From: Styela clava
Lineage: Eukaryota
DNA length: 64,000 bases
Direction of reading: 5' to 3'
Assembly: GCF_964204865.1 (NCBI RefSeq)
Contig: NC_135260.1
Location: 10,974,001-11,038,000 of the forward strand
Shown: in pieces, positions 11,803 through 23,559 of the stretch
Position numbering within the stretch: position 1 is the first letter of the stretch
Layout: every line of letters begins with the position of its first letter
Translations under genes and position numbers: made by a program
The notes under the pieces: generated by a model
Databases searched by the model: none
Seen by the model: only the letters and a program-made list of their open reading frames with translations
What the model was told of the DNA's origin: nothing

Positions 11803-14800
11803 ATGAATTCAATTTGCGCGGGCTTTCGCCTTTTTTCTTTTATAAACAAACGGTGGGAGCTTTGGAGGATTGGCGGTGTCGTGGATCTTTCTGTAGATAG
11901 TCTGTATGTCTCTGTTCTGCTTTTGTTGCTAGAATTTAGAAATTGGAATGCTTCCGAAGCACGCAGTACCACTGTTTTTAATATTGCGTGAGGTTATGTT
12001 CGATCTTTTTAATTGATAATATAGCCTAGTGAGTCCAAAATGTTACAAAGGACATATTTACAACCCAACTGTGATTGGTCATTGAATGGACTTGAAAATA
12101 TTTTTCACTTTGCTCTGGAGCAGAAGTCAAAATGTCTGATTCAAGGTAAGATGGTAGAATGGGTTCATAGGATAGTTTTAATGAAACTAAAAATTCAAAC
12201 AATGGTCTGGTGAGGCAAACAGACATATTTCGAACAACATGGATTTTCTACCTACTGACCTACCGGTACTGCAGTACTGACTGACCTACCAGCAGACCGG
12301 TATGAATAATGATTGCCAACCTTCAGACCTTTGCTATTAAGTTTATACAACATAGGGTGGTGCAGCCAGTTTGCGGACGATTTCATTCAAACCGCTATAA
12401 AATAAAAACCAATATTTCTAACCCGGTAATTTTTTCACTGTATGTTCATTGGCATTTATTCTACACGCTACAACTCGAATTAACTTTCTACGACCAGGGG
12501 TTAAAGCTATACAAACCACCAAAGTACGACACTCAGAAGACGAAACTGCGACCAAACGACCAGCGTGCGACCACGGATTTCGAGCCTTAAACATCGTTTC
12601 GGCTGCGTCGAGACTACAACATATGCAGTCATGCGTGGAAAAACTGGACTTTTAATTGCATTTTTGACCGTCATATATTTTAACAACACGGTTATTTCGA
12701 CAACCCATATGTTTTTGAATATACGTGCCGCGATTTAGCCTTCAATAGTGGCATCAAAACAATAAAATAGCATAACCCTTAACCGTCCTTGAAACAATAA
12801 AATTTTACTAAATGACTTTGTTGCTTTCGACGCAAACAGCAATTTTTACCTGATATTTTCAACAAAATTGCCATTGTGTTCACTTCTCATCAAAAGTTAT
12901 ATGTGATATTTTCAAGTTTCTGCCTTATATGTTAGAAACATTACCCTTTTGCGTATTTCGTACATCACTGGCAATTTTTAAAGACTATGTTTTGATTTAA
13001 ACTATGACCATATTTTTGTGTACTTGTAGATAAAATGTTGCTTAGAGAATATAAGACACACAATCAATTCCAACAAGAATTTTTTATTACTCACATAGTC
13101 GCAGTAAAATATTCTATATGGCAGAAATACATTTGCAGCAAAACCAACGAAGTCCCTCTACTGCTGATGCGCTTAAATGCGGATTCAGCTCTGTGCAGTG
13201 CAGATGGAACCACTTATCGCACTGATCGCACGCAATCCAGCGTGGTTCATCAGGCCCACCATTGAACTGCACCTTACATACATTGCAATCTTCCTTCTTT
13301 TTTTCTTTTTGTTTTATAGACAAATTTCGTCTCCTTTTCAGAGGTTTGACCTTTTCTAAACTCATATTTTTCTGTTTTTCTAATCTTTGAATTTTGCTTA
13401 TCTCTTTTCTGTCTGCCCTTTTCCTTTTTTGTTCCTCAGCTAGCCTTTTTTTCTCGATTGAATCTTTCAACTCCGTTACAGCTCGATCAGATGACAAATT
13501 ATGTAGTGGCATATTTTTGTAATTTTTCACGGGTCTTTTCTTTTCTGGTATTTTAAACAACTCTTTTCTAGCCAAATTTGTCGAATCCGTATTAACACAA
13601 AAACTTCTTATTTCTCTTTTTCTATTTTCTAGTTCTTTTAAAGTCTCCAACTTCAGGTGTCTCCATGCGATATATACCCCACTGCCTTCTATGTCTCCAC
13701 ACTCTAACTTCTTTTCAAACAGTGTCTTTTCATCTCTATTCATACCCCTTTCCAACGCCTCTAAAGCTCTCCTGCACTTAGAATCAATTGGTGACAGACT
13801 CTCGTACATTTTGGAAGCCGGGGATGCTAAAGCACTTGTACTCTGATCATTTAGATTTAGCTCAACAACATCTGTTGTATTACAACCAGGATCGGGTGAT
13901 CGAGATGTAGATGGCTGGTCATCCAATATATCAGACATAATCAAAGTGATAAGTGCGTCTTCAGGCTGTTCGTCGTTAAATAAAAGTAAATCCAAGTACG
14001 ACACATCATGATCTAGTTCATTCGACGCCAACATGCTTTTAGTCGGGAATTCTATATTTCCACCTTCAATAAACTTTGGGTCAGCAAGCGACATTGGGGC
14101 CATGTCGAGATTATCGAAGACAGGTTCTACGTCAGTAATCGCAGAGCCATTCGCTTCCCATATCTGTTGTTGAGAATTAGCGTGGGCCGAGGGCTTTGGG
14201 GATTTTGACATTGATGGTTCATCGTCAACAAATATGGTGGACGGTAATGCTTTTTCCAAATCCACAGCTCCAATATTTGGAGGCCAGACGCCACATGATT
14301 TAAATGAATTTACTATCACATCCAAGCGTGAGGTTCGTAAGTACGCCTGGGTAAAAACTCGACCAAAGGTGTACTTATCAACCACACACTGCTCTTTTCC
14401 AAAAAAAGAATTACAACAGCGACTCCAATTTCCTTTGAAAGGGCCATAAAATCCTTTGTCCAGTGGCTGCAGAATATGTGTAGTGTGGGCAGGCAAACAG
14501 TAGAGAATGATATTATTTTCTCGGGCTAACGTGCTTGTGCGAAAATCTTTGTGGGACGTGTGACCATCAAGAAGAAGTACGACGGCCCCCCTTGTTGACT
14601 TATTAGGTAAATTAGGTATGAATAGTTGTTCCATCCAGTCATAGAATGAATCTTTAGTCATCCAGCCCTTATCAGTCACATGACATCTGCTGCCATCGGG
14701 AAAATCCAGTGCATGAGACGGATTCATACGCTTGCCGGGGAAAAGTATGTAGGGCGGAAGGATGTTACCGCTGGCGCTGATGCAAATCAGCACCGTGATT

Positions 14801-17800
14801 TGAGTTTTATTGCTGCTGGTGATGTTATAGCAGGTTTTCATCCCCCTGTCAGCCACGACTTTTTTACCGGCTTTCGTTTGAAAAGAAAATCCGGTTTCGT
14901 CGCAGTTGTATATACTACTTCCGTTCGTGATGTTGTTTTCCTCTAACATTGCCGTGTACTTTTCCATCCAACTGCTCACCTTTTTTTCCGAACAAGCCAT
15001 GGCTCGCGCCACCTCCAATTTTTCCGTTGTCATGGTTTTCAGGTCCGGGTTCCGCGACAAGAATCCGCACCACCAGGAGTCACTTGGGAGATTATTCCTG
15101 AAATACCGCACACGCTTTCCCGACAAATCTAGCATGTTTTTTACCGTTTGAAGCACCTGAAAAAAGGTAATTATTTGAAAAAATGCTATCACTCAGATTT
15201 GGTGTAGATTAGGATATGTCTCACGTCTCTCTTGCCCATCCCGAGTCCACGCTTGGCCATGTCCTTCAAAAATGTTTTCAGCGACTCTTCCTCTTCGGAT
15301 GATAAAGCAGTGGGGGGCCCACGTTTAGGCATTACATCCAATGCCCTTTTTCATTGAAAATGTAAGATATGACGCCGTTACTATGATAAATTGGAATGAT
15401 TTGTAATAAAAAAAATATACATACCTGTTATACGATCGGTCAAAGTAGATTTGGGGATTCCGTAACGCTCTGCTGCTTCGCGATGAGACATTTTTTTTTC
15501 AGTAATGGCTTTTAAAGCTTCTTTCAAATTTTCCTTCGTGTACTTTATTTTACGTTTTGTAATGTGTCCAGGCATTTTTTTAATTTAATATATCTGTACG
15601 GAAAAAAAACCAACAAAGTTCATAAAATTTCATTTTTTTTTTTCATTTCGGCCAACAGGATGGATGTTTCCGTGACCCTTGACCCCATAAAAATTCTCTT
15701 TAATTTTTGGAAGCACTACTAAAAACTGACAAATAAAAATCTCTCTCTTTGAATAGCACGCATAACTACGAAAGCGAGGCAATGTTTACAACCATGCATG
15801 TATATCTACCTGGCCCGCTGCACTAATTCAGTCATACTCACCTCGTGTCAATTTATCAATAAATGTTGCTTAGGCCAGGAATATTCTGACAATTAAACTT
15901 CTACGCGTTGATTCTAATAAGTTAAAGGACGAACTGTTAACTCAACCTTTTAGGACATAACCCGTCAAATTACAAACGAAGCACCGCATGGCAGCAGTCA
16001 AACACACAAAAACATGGTGGTCGCAAATTGGCTGCCGAATATATTATCGACTTATTGGGAATGCGCACCCCCCCATTCCCCCCCCCCCCCCTTTTGATGT
16101 AGAAACGTGAAATTTTGAAGATGGTTAAATAAACCACAACTCCACTCACCTGCCAATTTTCATGTTTTTATCTATCATATTTCTATAAATTTTCAAGCTA
16201 TTCCAAAGGGACGATGGGTAGTTGGCAACATGAAAAAATAGTCCGTTTTTTTTCTTCGGTCGGTTTTTCGGTCGTAACTTTTTTGTGTGTGACCGCATTT
16301 TAGTGTAATTTCGCAGAGCTACGAGGGATAAGTGGGCGATAGCGTGTGAGAAATATCGTCGCGGTCCGTTAATTTTTTCGGCATTAAATAAATCGATGAA
16401 GTTGATGACCGCAAATAGGTCGTGTCCGCAAAGTGGGTAAGCCACCCTATAGCCTAAGTCAGTAAGTTGAAATAATACTGTAATACCCATTGTGAATCCG
16501 AGTCAACACTACAGCATAGTTCAGTAGTTATCCGATTCCAAGAACAGAAGAATTTGTTTGTAAATTTTGCTGAAAACTGTAAAACCGATTCATCCGACTT
16601 ACCGGTATAGGGTGGCTTACCAACTTTGCGGCCATGACCTATCTGCGACCATCAACTAAATCGATTGAATTAATGCCGAAAAAATTAACGAACCGCGACG
16701 ATATTTCTCGCGCGTTATTGTCCACTTATCCCTCGTAGCTCTGCGAAATTACACTAAAATGCGGCCACAAATAAAAAAGTTACGACCGAAGAAAAAAAAA
16801 CGGACCATTTTACCATGTCGCCAACTACCCATTGTTCCTTTAAAAAAGCTTGAAAATCCATACAAATATACAGAATATAAGAGATAAAGAGATGAAACTT
16901 GGCAGGTGGGTAGAGTTGTGTTTCTTTTAACCATCTTTAAAGTTTCGCGTTTCTACATTCAAAGGAGGTGGAGTAGGGGGATGCGCATTTCCAATACGTC
17001 AATAATATCTTTGTCAACTAATTTGCGACCACCATGTTTTTGTCTGTTTGATTGCTGTGATGCGGTGCTTTGTTTTTAATTTGAAGAATTTTGTTCGAAA
17101 TAACCGTGTTCTTAAAATATATGACGGTCAGAAATGCAATTAGAAGCCCATTTTTTTACGCATGGCTGCGAATGCCCTAGTCTCGACGCAGCAGAAACGA
17201 TGTTCAAGGCTTGAAATCCGTGATCGCACACTGGTCGTTCGGTCGCAATACGTCTTCAGAGTGTCTTACTTTGGTGGTTTGTATAGCTTTAACCCCTGGT
17301 CGTAGAAAGTTAAGTCGAAGTTCAGCGTGTAGAATAAATGCCAATGCACCTACGGTGAAAAAATTAACGGGTTAGAAATATTGGTTTTTGTTTTATAGCG
17401 GTTTGAATGAAATCGTCCGCAGACTGGCTACGCCACCCTATATGGTCTGGTACTATTACAGTGGTACGATACCTGGGTATCGTAGCGTTAGAATAGATAC
17501 AATATTTTCTCATTTTCAACATATTTGATGAAGCAACACAATAAACAGATAAATGTCTTATGGATATAATTCAGTAATTACTGAATTAGTTGAACAAGAT
17601 AACTCAAACAACTTTGTATTTTTCAGCATGCATCTTCATTGTCGAGAGGGAGTTTGCTGGTATTTCGTCATTCAGTCATCGGACCCAGGTTAAATTTCTC
17701 CTAGAATCTATTCGTCACATCATTGGCGACAATTGCCAGGAAGAATTCATTCATATAATGCAGTATTTGAAACTTCTTCATTCTTTATGTTCTGATGTTG

Positions 17801-20800
17801 GATGTGAAGAAGAATATGTAAACTCTATTCTCAGGATTAAACAATCTGTAAGTAAATTACATGAGGCCTTGTTCACATCTCTCCAGCACGACACAATTTG
17901 CCGATTTCAAGAATGGATCGATATGTAGACAGGCTATATAAAACAAAAACTATATTTGTCCCTGGAAGGAGGGTGTTTGGCATGGTGACTGAAGTTAAAG
18001 ATTGTGAAATGTTTACCATGGTGAAATTATAAATCGATCCTGATGTCTTTCTAATGAGATCACAAGTTTTTCAAATTCTAACTTGTAGACATATATTACT
18101 TCAACATTGCTGGTTTCCCTACATTATGCTTCATAAAATTGCCTGTGATGATCTGCCAACCACAGAAAACATATTTTGACTGCTTAGTTGCAGTTTGATA
18201 TAAGTTATGCACTACCATCTGAGGCATTTTTGTTATGCAGCATTATTTGAATATTTATTTTAAGTTAGATGTTAGTAATTATACCAGATGAAGTGATTTT
18301 TCACCAATATATGAGAAACTCAAAATGGGATTTGTTCTCAACTGTTGACCTAATTATTTCCAAGTTCAATAGTACTGCTGCTATAGAATTGCGCAACATT
18401 AGCTTGTTATGACATCAGATATATTACTATATTTACAGAATTTAATATCACTGTATTTCTATCTCCAGTTTATTCTGTTCACACTTCTCGATAATGAAAG
18501 TGCTGCCAACGTGTGTCGTGTTATGAATGATTTTTTTCCAAAACATGATCCTCTGGAATCGTTCAATATCATGAAGAGATCCTTGGTATGATCCTGTCCT
18601 ATTTCTTACATAAATAAAGTTGTTGTGAAGAAAATATATCATTTACCTTCTATGCTGATTCTTTGATATAACATTGTCGCATAATTGTTCGAATGATAAT
18701 AACAACTTTTACTTCCTTATTTAACCCTACCTATATTTTTAGAAAAAAAGGTTCTTGGCTCTCATCAAAAGACAAATTTATGGATTTAGGAAACTTGTCA
18801 CCAAATTATTAACAGACATGGAGTTCCGTTCTTGTGAGTATAGGTCTTCATTTGCCAGATACTGATACATTAACATGTATTCTTCCTTTTGTTCAGTGAA
18901 TTACTTTTCATCATTTTATCAGTAAAGCTAAGTTTATTTTTAATACATATCGCTTATTCTATCATATTCTGTTAGAAAGGGATTTGCTTCCAAAATGAAT
19001 GTATTTTGATTCCTGTTAGTAGGGATGTGAGCTGAATTCTCATTTAAGTAATAATTTGTAGATTGTGGTGTATATCTTGATTTTTCATGATTACTGTTTT
19101 AAATAAAGGTATTGATTACTGAAATTGTATTGCTCTCCCATAATTCTAGAAATTAAATACATTTTGGTATATCTCTGCCAGAAAGTTTAATAATAAAGGA
19201 CAAAGGTATATGTGAATGCATGCTTCTGAAAGTTAGCGAAATTCTTTTTCATTCAGATTACTTTTATGATGAATGGATGGAAGAATTCGGTTCATCTTTT
19301 CATAAAGATATGATATTAGATATTGACAAATATCTGAGGAAAATTGAATCATGTTTACTGGTTGGAAGAAAAACAAATGAGGTTGGTTCAACAGGTCATA
19401 TTTCCTATTGTATAACCTATTTCGGTTTATAATAATATGTTTGCTGTGAAACAAACAAAACTTTACGTTCCTAGCTGAGTTCTTTTTTGCCTATGATGAT
19501 TTGTCAACCACAGAAAATATCATTTGACTGCTTCATTGCAGTATGATATCAATTATGCACTACCATCTGAGGCATTAGTAGACTATGGAGTATATCTAGA
19601 ACACTGTCACACACAAGTTTTATAACTTTTCTGGATCTAGATTGGGACTAGTTTGACACCAGATTCTTTTTTGACTTCATTGAGCTTCTTTACATGCTAA
19701 ACATTAGACTTTGCTAATAATAGAATCCTGTCCAATATTGCCATGAGTTGAATATCCATTTGAATTTTTGCTGTTTTAAGGAATCACCAATGTATCATGA
19801 TGTTATATGATTCAGTTAAGGTGTGATGAAGAATAATTGTTTGTGTCTGTTATCTTATTGTGGTAAAGAATGACAATTTTTGACAGGAATAAACTATTTT
19901 GGATGCCTTTCTCTGCAGATTTACCAAAGTTGGCTCGGCGCAAAACAGATCTCAAATCCTGCTGTGTTGTATTTGTTGAAGATTTTCTTAGATCACACTG
20001 TGGAAAATGGTACAAAGGTGGAGGAAATGCAATTTTTAAAGTTGCTTAAATGGATGTTTCCTAGTTTAGGTAAGCTAGAATATCCACTACCTGGCTTGTA
20101 AACGGCTTTTTATGATTACGCCTATGATGATTTGGCAACCACAGAAATTGTATATTTGACTGCTTCATTGCAGCATGATATCAATTATGCACTACCATCT
20201 GAGGCAAATAGAAAAAAAATGAAACAATAAAAATTGAAAACTGCATTTATAAAATGCAATAAACATCTGATTATAGATTATTAAATAAACATTACAGTTC
20301 TATTACACCATGGTTGGTGGCTGTTTGAGAATTCAACGGTTTTAGTTGGTTAATTCTAGTATTTTATCAAGTAAGGCATTGTTCCCAACCTACGGGTCAC
20401 AGCCTAAAACTGGGCCGTCTGAAATTTCGCTTGTTTTTTCAATGGGAAAGTAAATTTTATTGTTTATATTATAATTGGTATTGAGTGTTCAATTGATTGT
20501 ATAAGTGGGAAGTATCACATCGTAAAAACTTCGTAGCATTTATATTATGTTGCTTGCTTAAGCAAAGCCACGCCACAATTCCTAAACCTCGCTGAGGGCA
20601 AACTAGCGCAGTTTTTTCACTTTGTTTTATATTAGTCATTCAATTTTGCGGCTGCAAAGTACTGCATGCAGTTTGATATTTGAACGTATCCTTGGGCCGC
20701 GAGATTTTACAAAATTCAATTTTTAGAAAATTTTGGTGGCTGAGAAAAAGGTTGGGAACTACTGAAGTAATATATTGATTATTCAATCGCATGTCCCTCA

Positions 20801-23559
20801 TTCTTGTTTGCCTACTGGTTTAAATCTGTATGTGGTACAGCAGCTATCGATAACTAATCAATTACCGGTCATAAAAATACATAATTTACAGATTTGGACA
20901 TCCTAACAATGCCACGTACCAGTTCATTAGAAATTCCAGAAGTTTTCACCGACTTGAAGTCTATGAAACTATGTTCTCGGGCTGGGTGGACAATGACAGA
21001 AAAAAAGCCCTGGGATTATGAAGACTTTACAACATGCATTTATGAGAGATTGAATCAAAATATTTTGGACGAACAAGTTGAACATGAAATTGGAGATAAA
21101 ATTAATGAAAAACATCTCAGTCAGGGCGGTCCAAACCAACAGAGGATTCCCTTTGCAGTTCTAAATGAAAACACTGCTCATCTTCGTGTAAAAACGAAAA
21201 AGAATATGAAACGCAAAAGAGATGACGCAGAAAACTTAGAGAATGAAATATCTAAAAGACCTCGTACTGAAATTTCTACAACAAAAGCAGTCTTCAGGAA
21301 AAGCCCAGTTGTAGATTTATGTAAAAAGAACATTTTTATGAAGCCTGAATTTTTTTATAAATATGGTAAGAAAGAAGACTCAACGATTAGGATCAGTATT
21401 GACAGTCCTCAATGTAAAAGATTACTTGAATCAGGTTCCAAGTTTTTTTCATCTCTTTGTCAAGAGAAGCGGATGGCTGTGGTCGAAGAAACTAGGACAC
21501 CCATTGTGAATGAGGTATAACTTATTTATTACTTTATGCATGAAAATGATGTTTGCTCCTTTTTCCTTGTAGTTACAGAGCCTGAATACCTGCATTTCAA
21601 TAATGGGTGCTTTGCATGAATGGTCATAGTGGCTCCAAATTTGACTGTGGAATGCGGATTAATAGTATATAAACGTGAACGGTGTTGTAAGATAGGGAAA
21701 ATGCAAAATAACTGTTAGACAGTTTTTGCCTGTTGTTGCACTTAAATTAATAATTCTGTTAATGCTTAATATTACACTTAAGGATGCATATTTGAGTTTT
21801 CTTTACTACTTTACCTTCTAAAGTCAATAACGCCAATGATGATTTGGTAACCACAGAAAATGTTGTTTGACTGGTTATTACAGCATGACATAAATATGCA
21901 CTACCATCTGAGGCATAAATCAATTGTTAATATTGAAGGTTCCTTTCATCGCCCAATTAAACAAGGGTAGTTTTGCGCTCATACTGTCTGTGTGGTACCA
22001 TAAACTTAGCTCTTGGGCGATTAACGAAAAATGTTTGATTTTCTTGATTTTAATTTCCAGATTAGTACAGAAGCAATTGAATTCAGTGATGTGGAAAATA
22101 ATGAAAATGATTCTGACCAATTAAATGTTACTGAAGACACAATGTCTACTGGACTAACATGGATTTCAACAAGAAGATATAATAGTAAGTGTTGGACTGA
22201 ACATTTCCTATTTCATATATTATAAACCTGGAATTATTGCTTTGTAACAGCCTGCCTTAGGCGATGGGTGTGGTTGATTAGTTGCTAAACTGCAAATTGG
22301 TAATGCATTGTTTATCCTTGATGTTTCGGAATTCCTGATGAAATATATTAAAGGTACCTGCGTGGAGATAAACGCAGTTAGGATTTGTTTTTGTAAAAAC
22401 TAACTTTTTCGAATATGCAAGTCTTGTCATACTAGCATTGGTGTACCATACTATTTGTAAACAAATCATTCAATAAATAACTTTGAAAACTGTCACTAGC
22501 AATGCCAATATCTTAACGACCTCTTGTACTACAATTTCCATCTTTTTCTTGTTAATTTGGAGAAATGATCTTTGTGTTATTGCACATCTACCAGTTCATA
22601 ACTGTGGCCAATTGTATTTTCAGTGAATTTTTTTTGCTAATAGTCTTTGCAAGTGCAACAATAAAAACTTAATCAAGTCCCAGTTTATAACACTAATCCT
22701 AACATTACCACTACCAGAAACATCACCAAAATCATCTAAAAGTGAAGTCAAAAGAACTTGTCGATCTCTTCATTTCAAATCAGAATCCTCTTGTGGTGAG
22801 TTATGTACTTATTGTCGTGTGTGAACTTGTTTACTTCAATACGATTTAACTTGTGAAAATTGTATTTTCAGATGATCACGTCAGTGAAAGTGAACCTGAA
22901 TCATTTACTTCTTCACAGCCTATGGTGGGGGTAAGCTTGATAAATAAAATATCTATCTGTATTAGTTTTGCGTGCATTAATATGGGTGCTCCAGAGGTTT
23001 GTGCACCAATATAAAGGTAATCAATTTTTTTCGCCTGCTTTACATCAAGTTGTGTAAAGGGAGTGAAACTTATTGGCAGGGATTATATTCACTTGGCTAA
23101 CTTACACAGACAGTCCGCGAACTCGTGATGGAACTGAAGGGAAATCTGAATAAAATTATGGCATAACCCTAACCTGTTACACACCCTACGGGAGTACCAT
23201 AGAATGCATATTCATATGGTTGAATATTTTTTAGAATTTTGTTTTGCGATACAGTCAAGCTTGATTGATAGCAGTCAGTGTACATATAGAACTCCATTCA
23301 TAATTCACTTATTTTTTACCAGTTGCAAAATTGTCTGAAACTCGTTGATCAGACACCTTTTCCGGATCTCACAATTCACATCAGCAAGTACCCAGAGACA
23401 AAACCATGTACTGTGCGATTGAAAATGTTATCAAAACCAAGGACAAAAACTAAGAATGAGGTTTTAATTGAAGGATACAAAATTTTAAATGAAAGTGATA
23501 TAAATATTTTAGAGAATGCTAAAACTGAAATCAGGTTTAGAAACTATAGTGTCCATTGA
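11803..23559 (+). CDS. TINF2: TIN2/TINF2-like protein (TINF2_N domain plus low-complexity C-terminus); ~12 exons: 11803-11903, 12030-12144, 17627-17847, 18469-18585, 18743-18833, 19257-~19360/19381, 19919-20069, 20892-21515, ~22061-22184, 22718-22795, 22872-22930, 23323-23559
   Basis: Spliced product FIHIMQYLKLLHSLCSD..EYVNSILRIKQS|FILFTLL..VCRVMNDFFPKHDP..QIYGFRKLVTKLLTDMEFRSYYFYDEWMEEFGSSFHKDMILDIDKYLRKIESCLL follows the TINF2_N pattern as I recall it (VLEFLRSLRAVAP..LCMGLKAKVVVELI..LNHHFPES..F..LV..LL.DP..R..FF.....EYG..F......L..YL..LEK.LP). Splice phases are compatible. The first two exons and the start codon are less certain. Confidence 0.68.
12355..16447 (-). mobile_element. Full-length pogo-superfamily (Fot/Passer-like, DD35D) DNA transposon, ~4.1 kb, in an intron of the TINF2-like gene
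   Basis: TA target duplication on both sides (TA|GGGTGGTGCAGCCAGTTTGCGGAC ... GTCCGCAAAGTGGGTAAGCCACCC|TA), imperfect ~24-bp TIRs, transposase gene inside. Confidence 0.9.
13114..15575 (-). CDS. pogo-type transposase: HTH_psq + CENP-B HTH + DDE_1 (DD35D) + C-terminal PHD finger; exons 15575-15425, 15352-15225, 15156-13114
   Basis: YTKENLKEALKAI..SHREAAERYGIPKSTL (psq HTH); YNCDETG / LLLDGHTSH / HILQPLD with 35 residues between the 2nd and 3rd D; CNVC..WIACDQCDKWFHLHC..WFCCKC (C4HC3 PHD). The intron-1 acceptor reads AT instead of AG. Confidence 0.9.
16610..17438 (+). mobile_element. Non-autonomous internal-deletion derivative (~830 bp) of the adjacent pogo family, in opposite orientation
   Basis: TA|GGGTGGCTTACC ... 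GGCTACGCCACCC|TA. 16610-~17090 is the diverged reverse complement of ~15960-16447, and ~17095-17438 is the diverged reverse complement of 12355-~12700. Confidence 0.9.
18140..18226 (+). ncRNA. SNORD33: Box C/D snoRNA, SNORD33 (U33)-like, copy 1
   Basis: TGCCT/AGGCA terminal stem, box C GTGATGA, guide ATGCACTACCAT directly before box D CTGA; intronic and sense to the host. Confidence 0.85.
19488..19574 (+). ncRNA. SNORD33: Box C/D snoRNA, SNORD33-like, copy 2
   Basis: TGCCT-ATGATGA ... TTGA-CTGC/GCAG hairpin ... ATGCACTACCAT-CTGA-GGCA. Confidence 0.87.
20120..20205 (+). ncRNA. SNORD33: Box C/D snoRNA, SNORD33-like, copy 3
   Basis: GCCT-ATGATGA ... ATGCACTACCAT-CTGA-GGC. Confidence 0.87.
20377..20764. 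mobile_element. hAT-type MITE in a TINF2-like intron
   Basis: Termini CATTGTTCCCAACCT / AGGTTGGGAACTACTG, degenerate 8-bp TSD AAGTAAGG/AAGTAATA. Confidence 0.65.
21832..21914 (+). ncRNA. SNORD33: Box C/D snoRNA, SNORD33-like, copy 4
   Basis: GCCA-ATGATGA ... ATGCACTACCAT-CTGA-GGC. Confidence 0.85.
22985..23198. mobile_element. Diverged Merlin-like MITE
   Basis: Termini GGTGCTCCAGAGG / CCTACGGGAGTACC, internal CCTAACCTG as in the other copies; no clear TSD. Confidence 0.55.

Noticed and set aside
16068-16091. Poly-C tract as a regulatory G-quadruplex
   Set aside because: It lies within the transposon end and is much shorter in the second copy, so probably homopolymer slippage
12355-17438. 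One 5.1-kb transposon with 345-bp TIRs
   Set aside because: Internal termini with their own TA duplications at 16447 and 16610 show two separate elements
18140-21914. CRISPR-like or other regularly spaced repeat array
   Set aside because: Spacing is irregular (0.6-1.7 kb), the context is eukaryotic, and each repeat is an intronic C/D snoRNA
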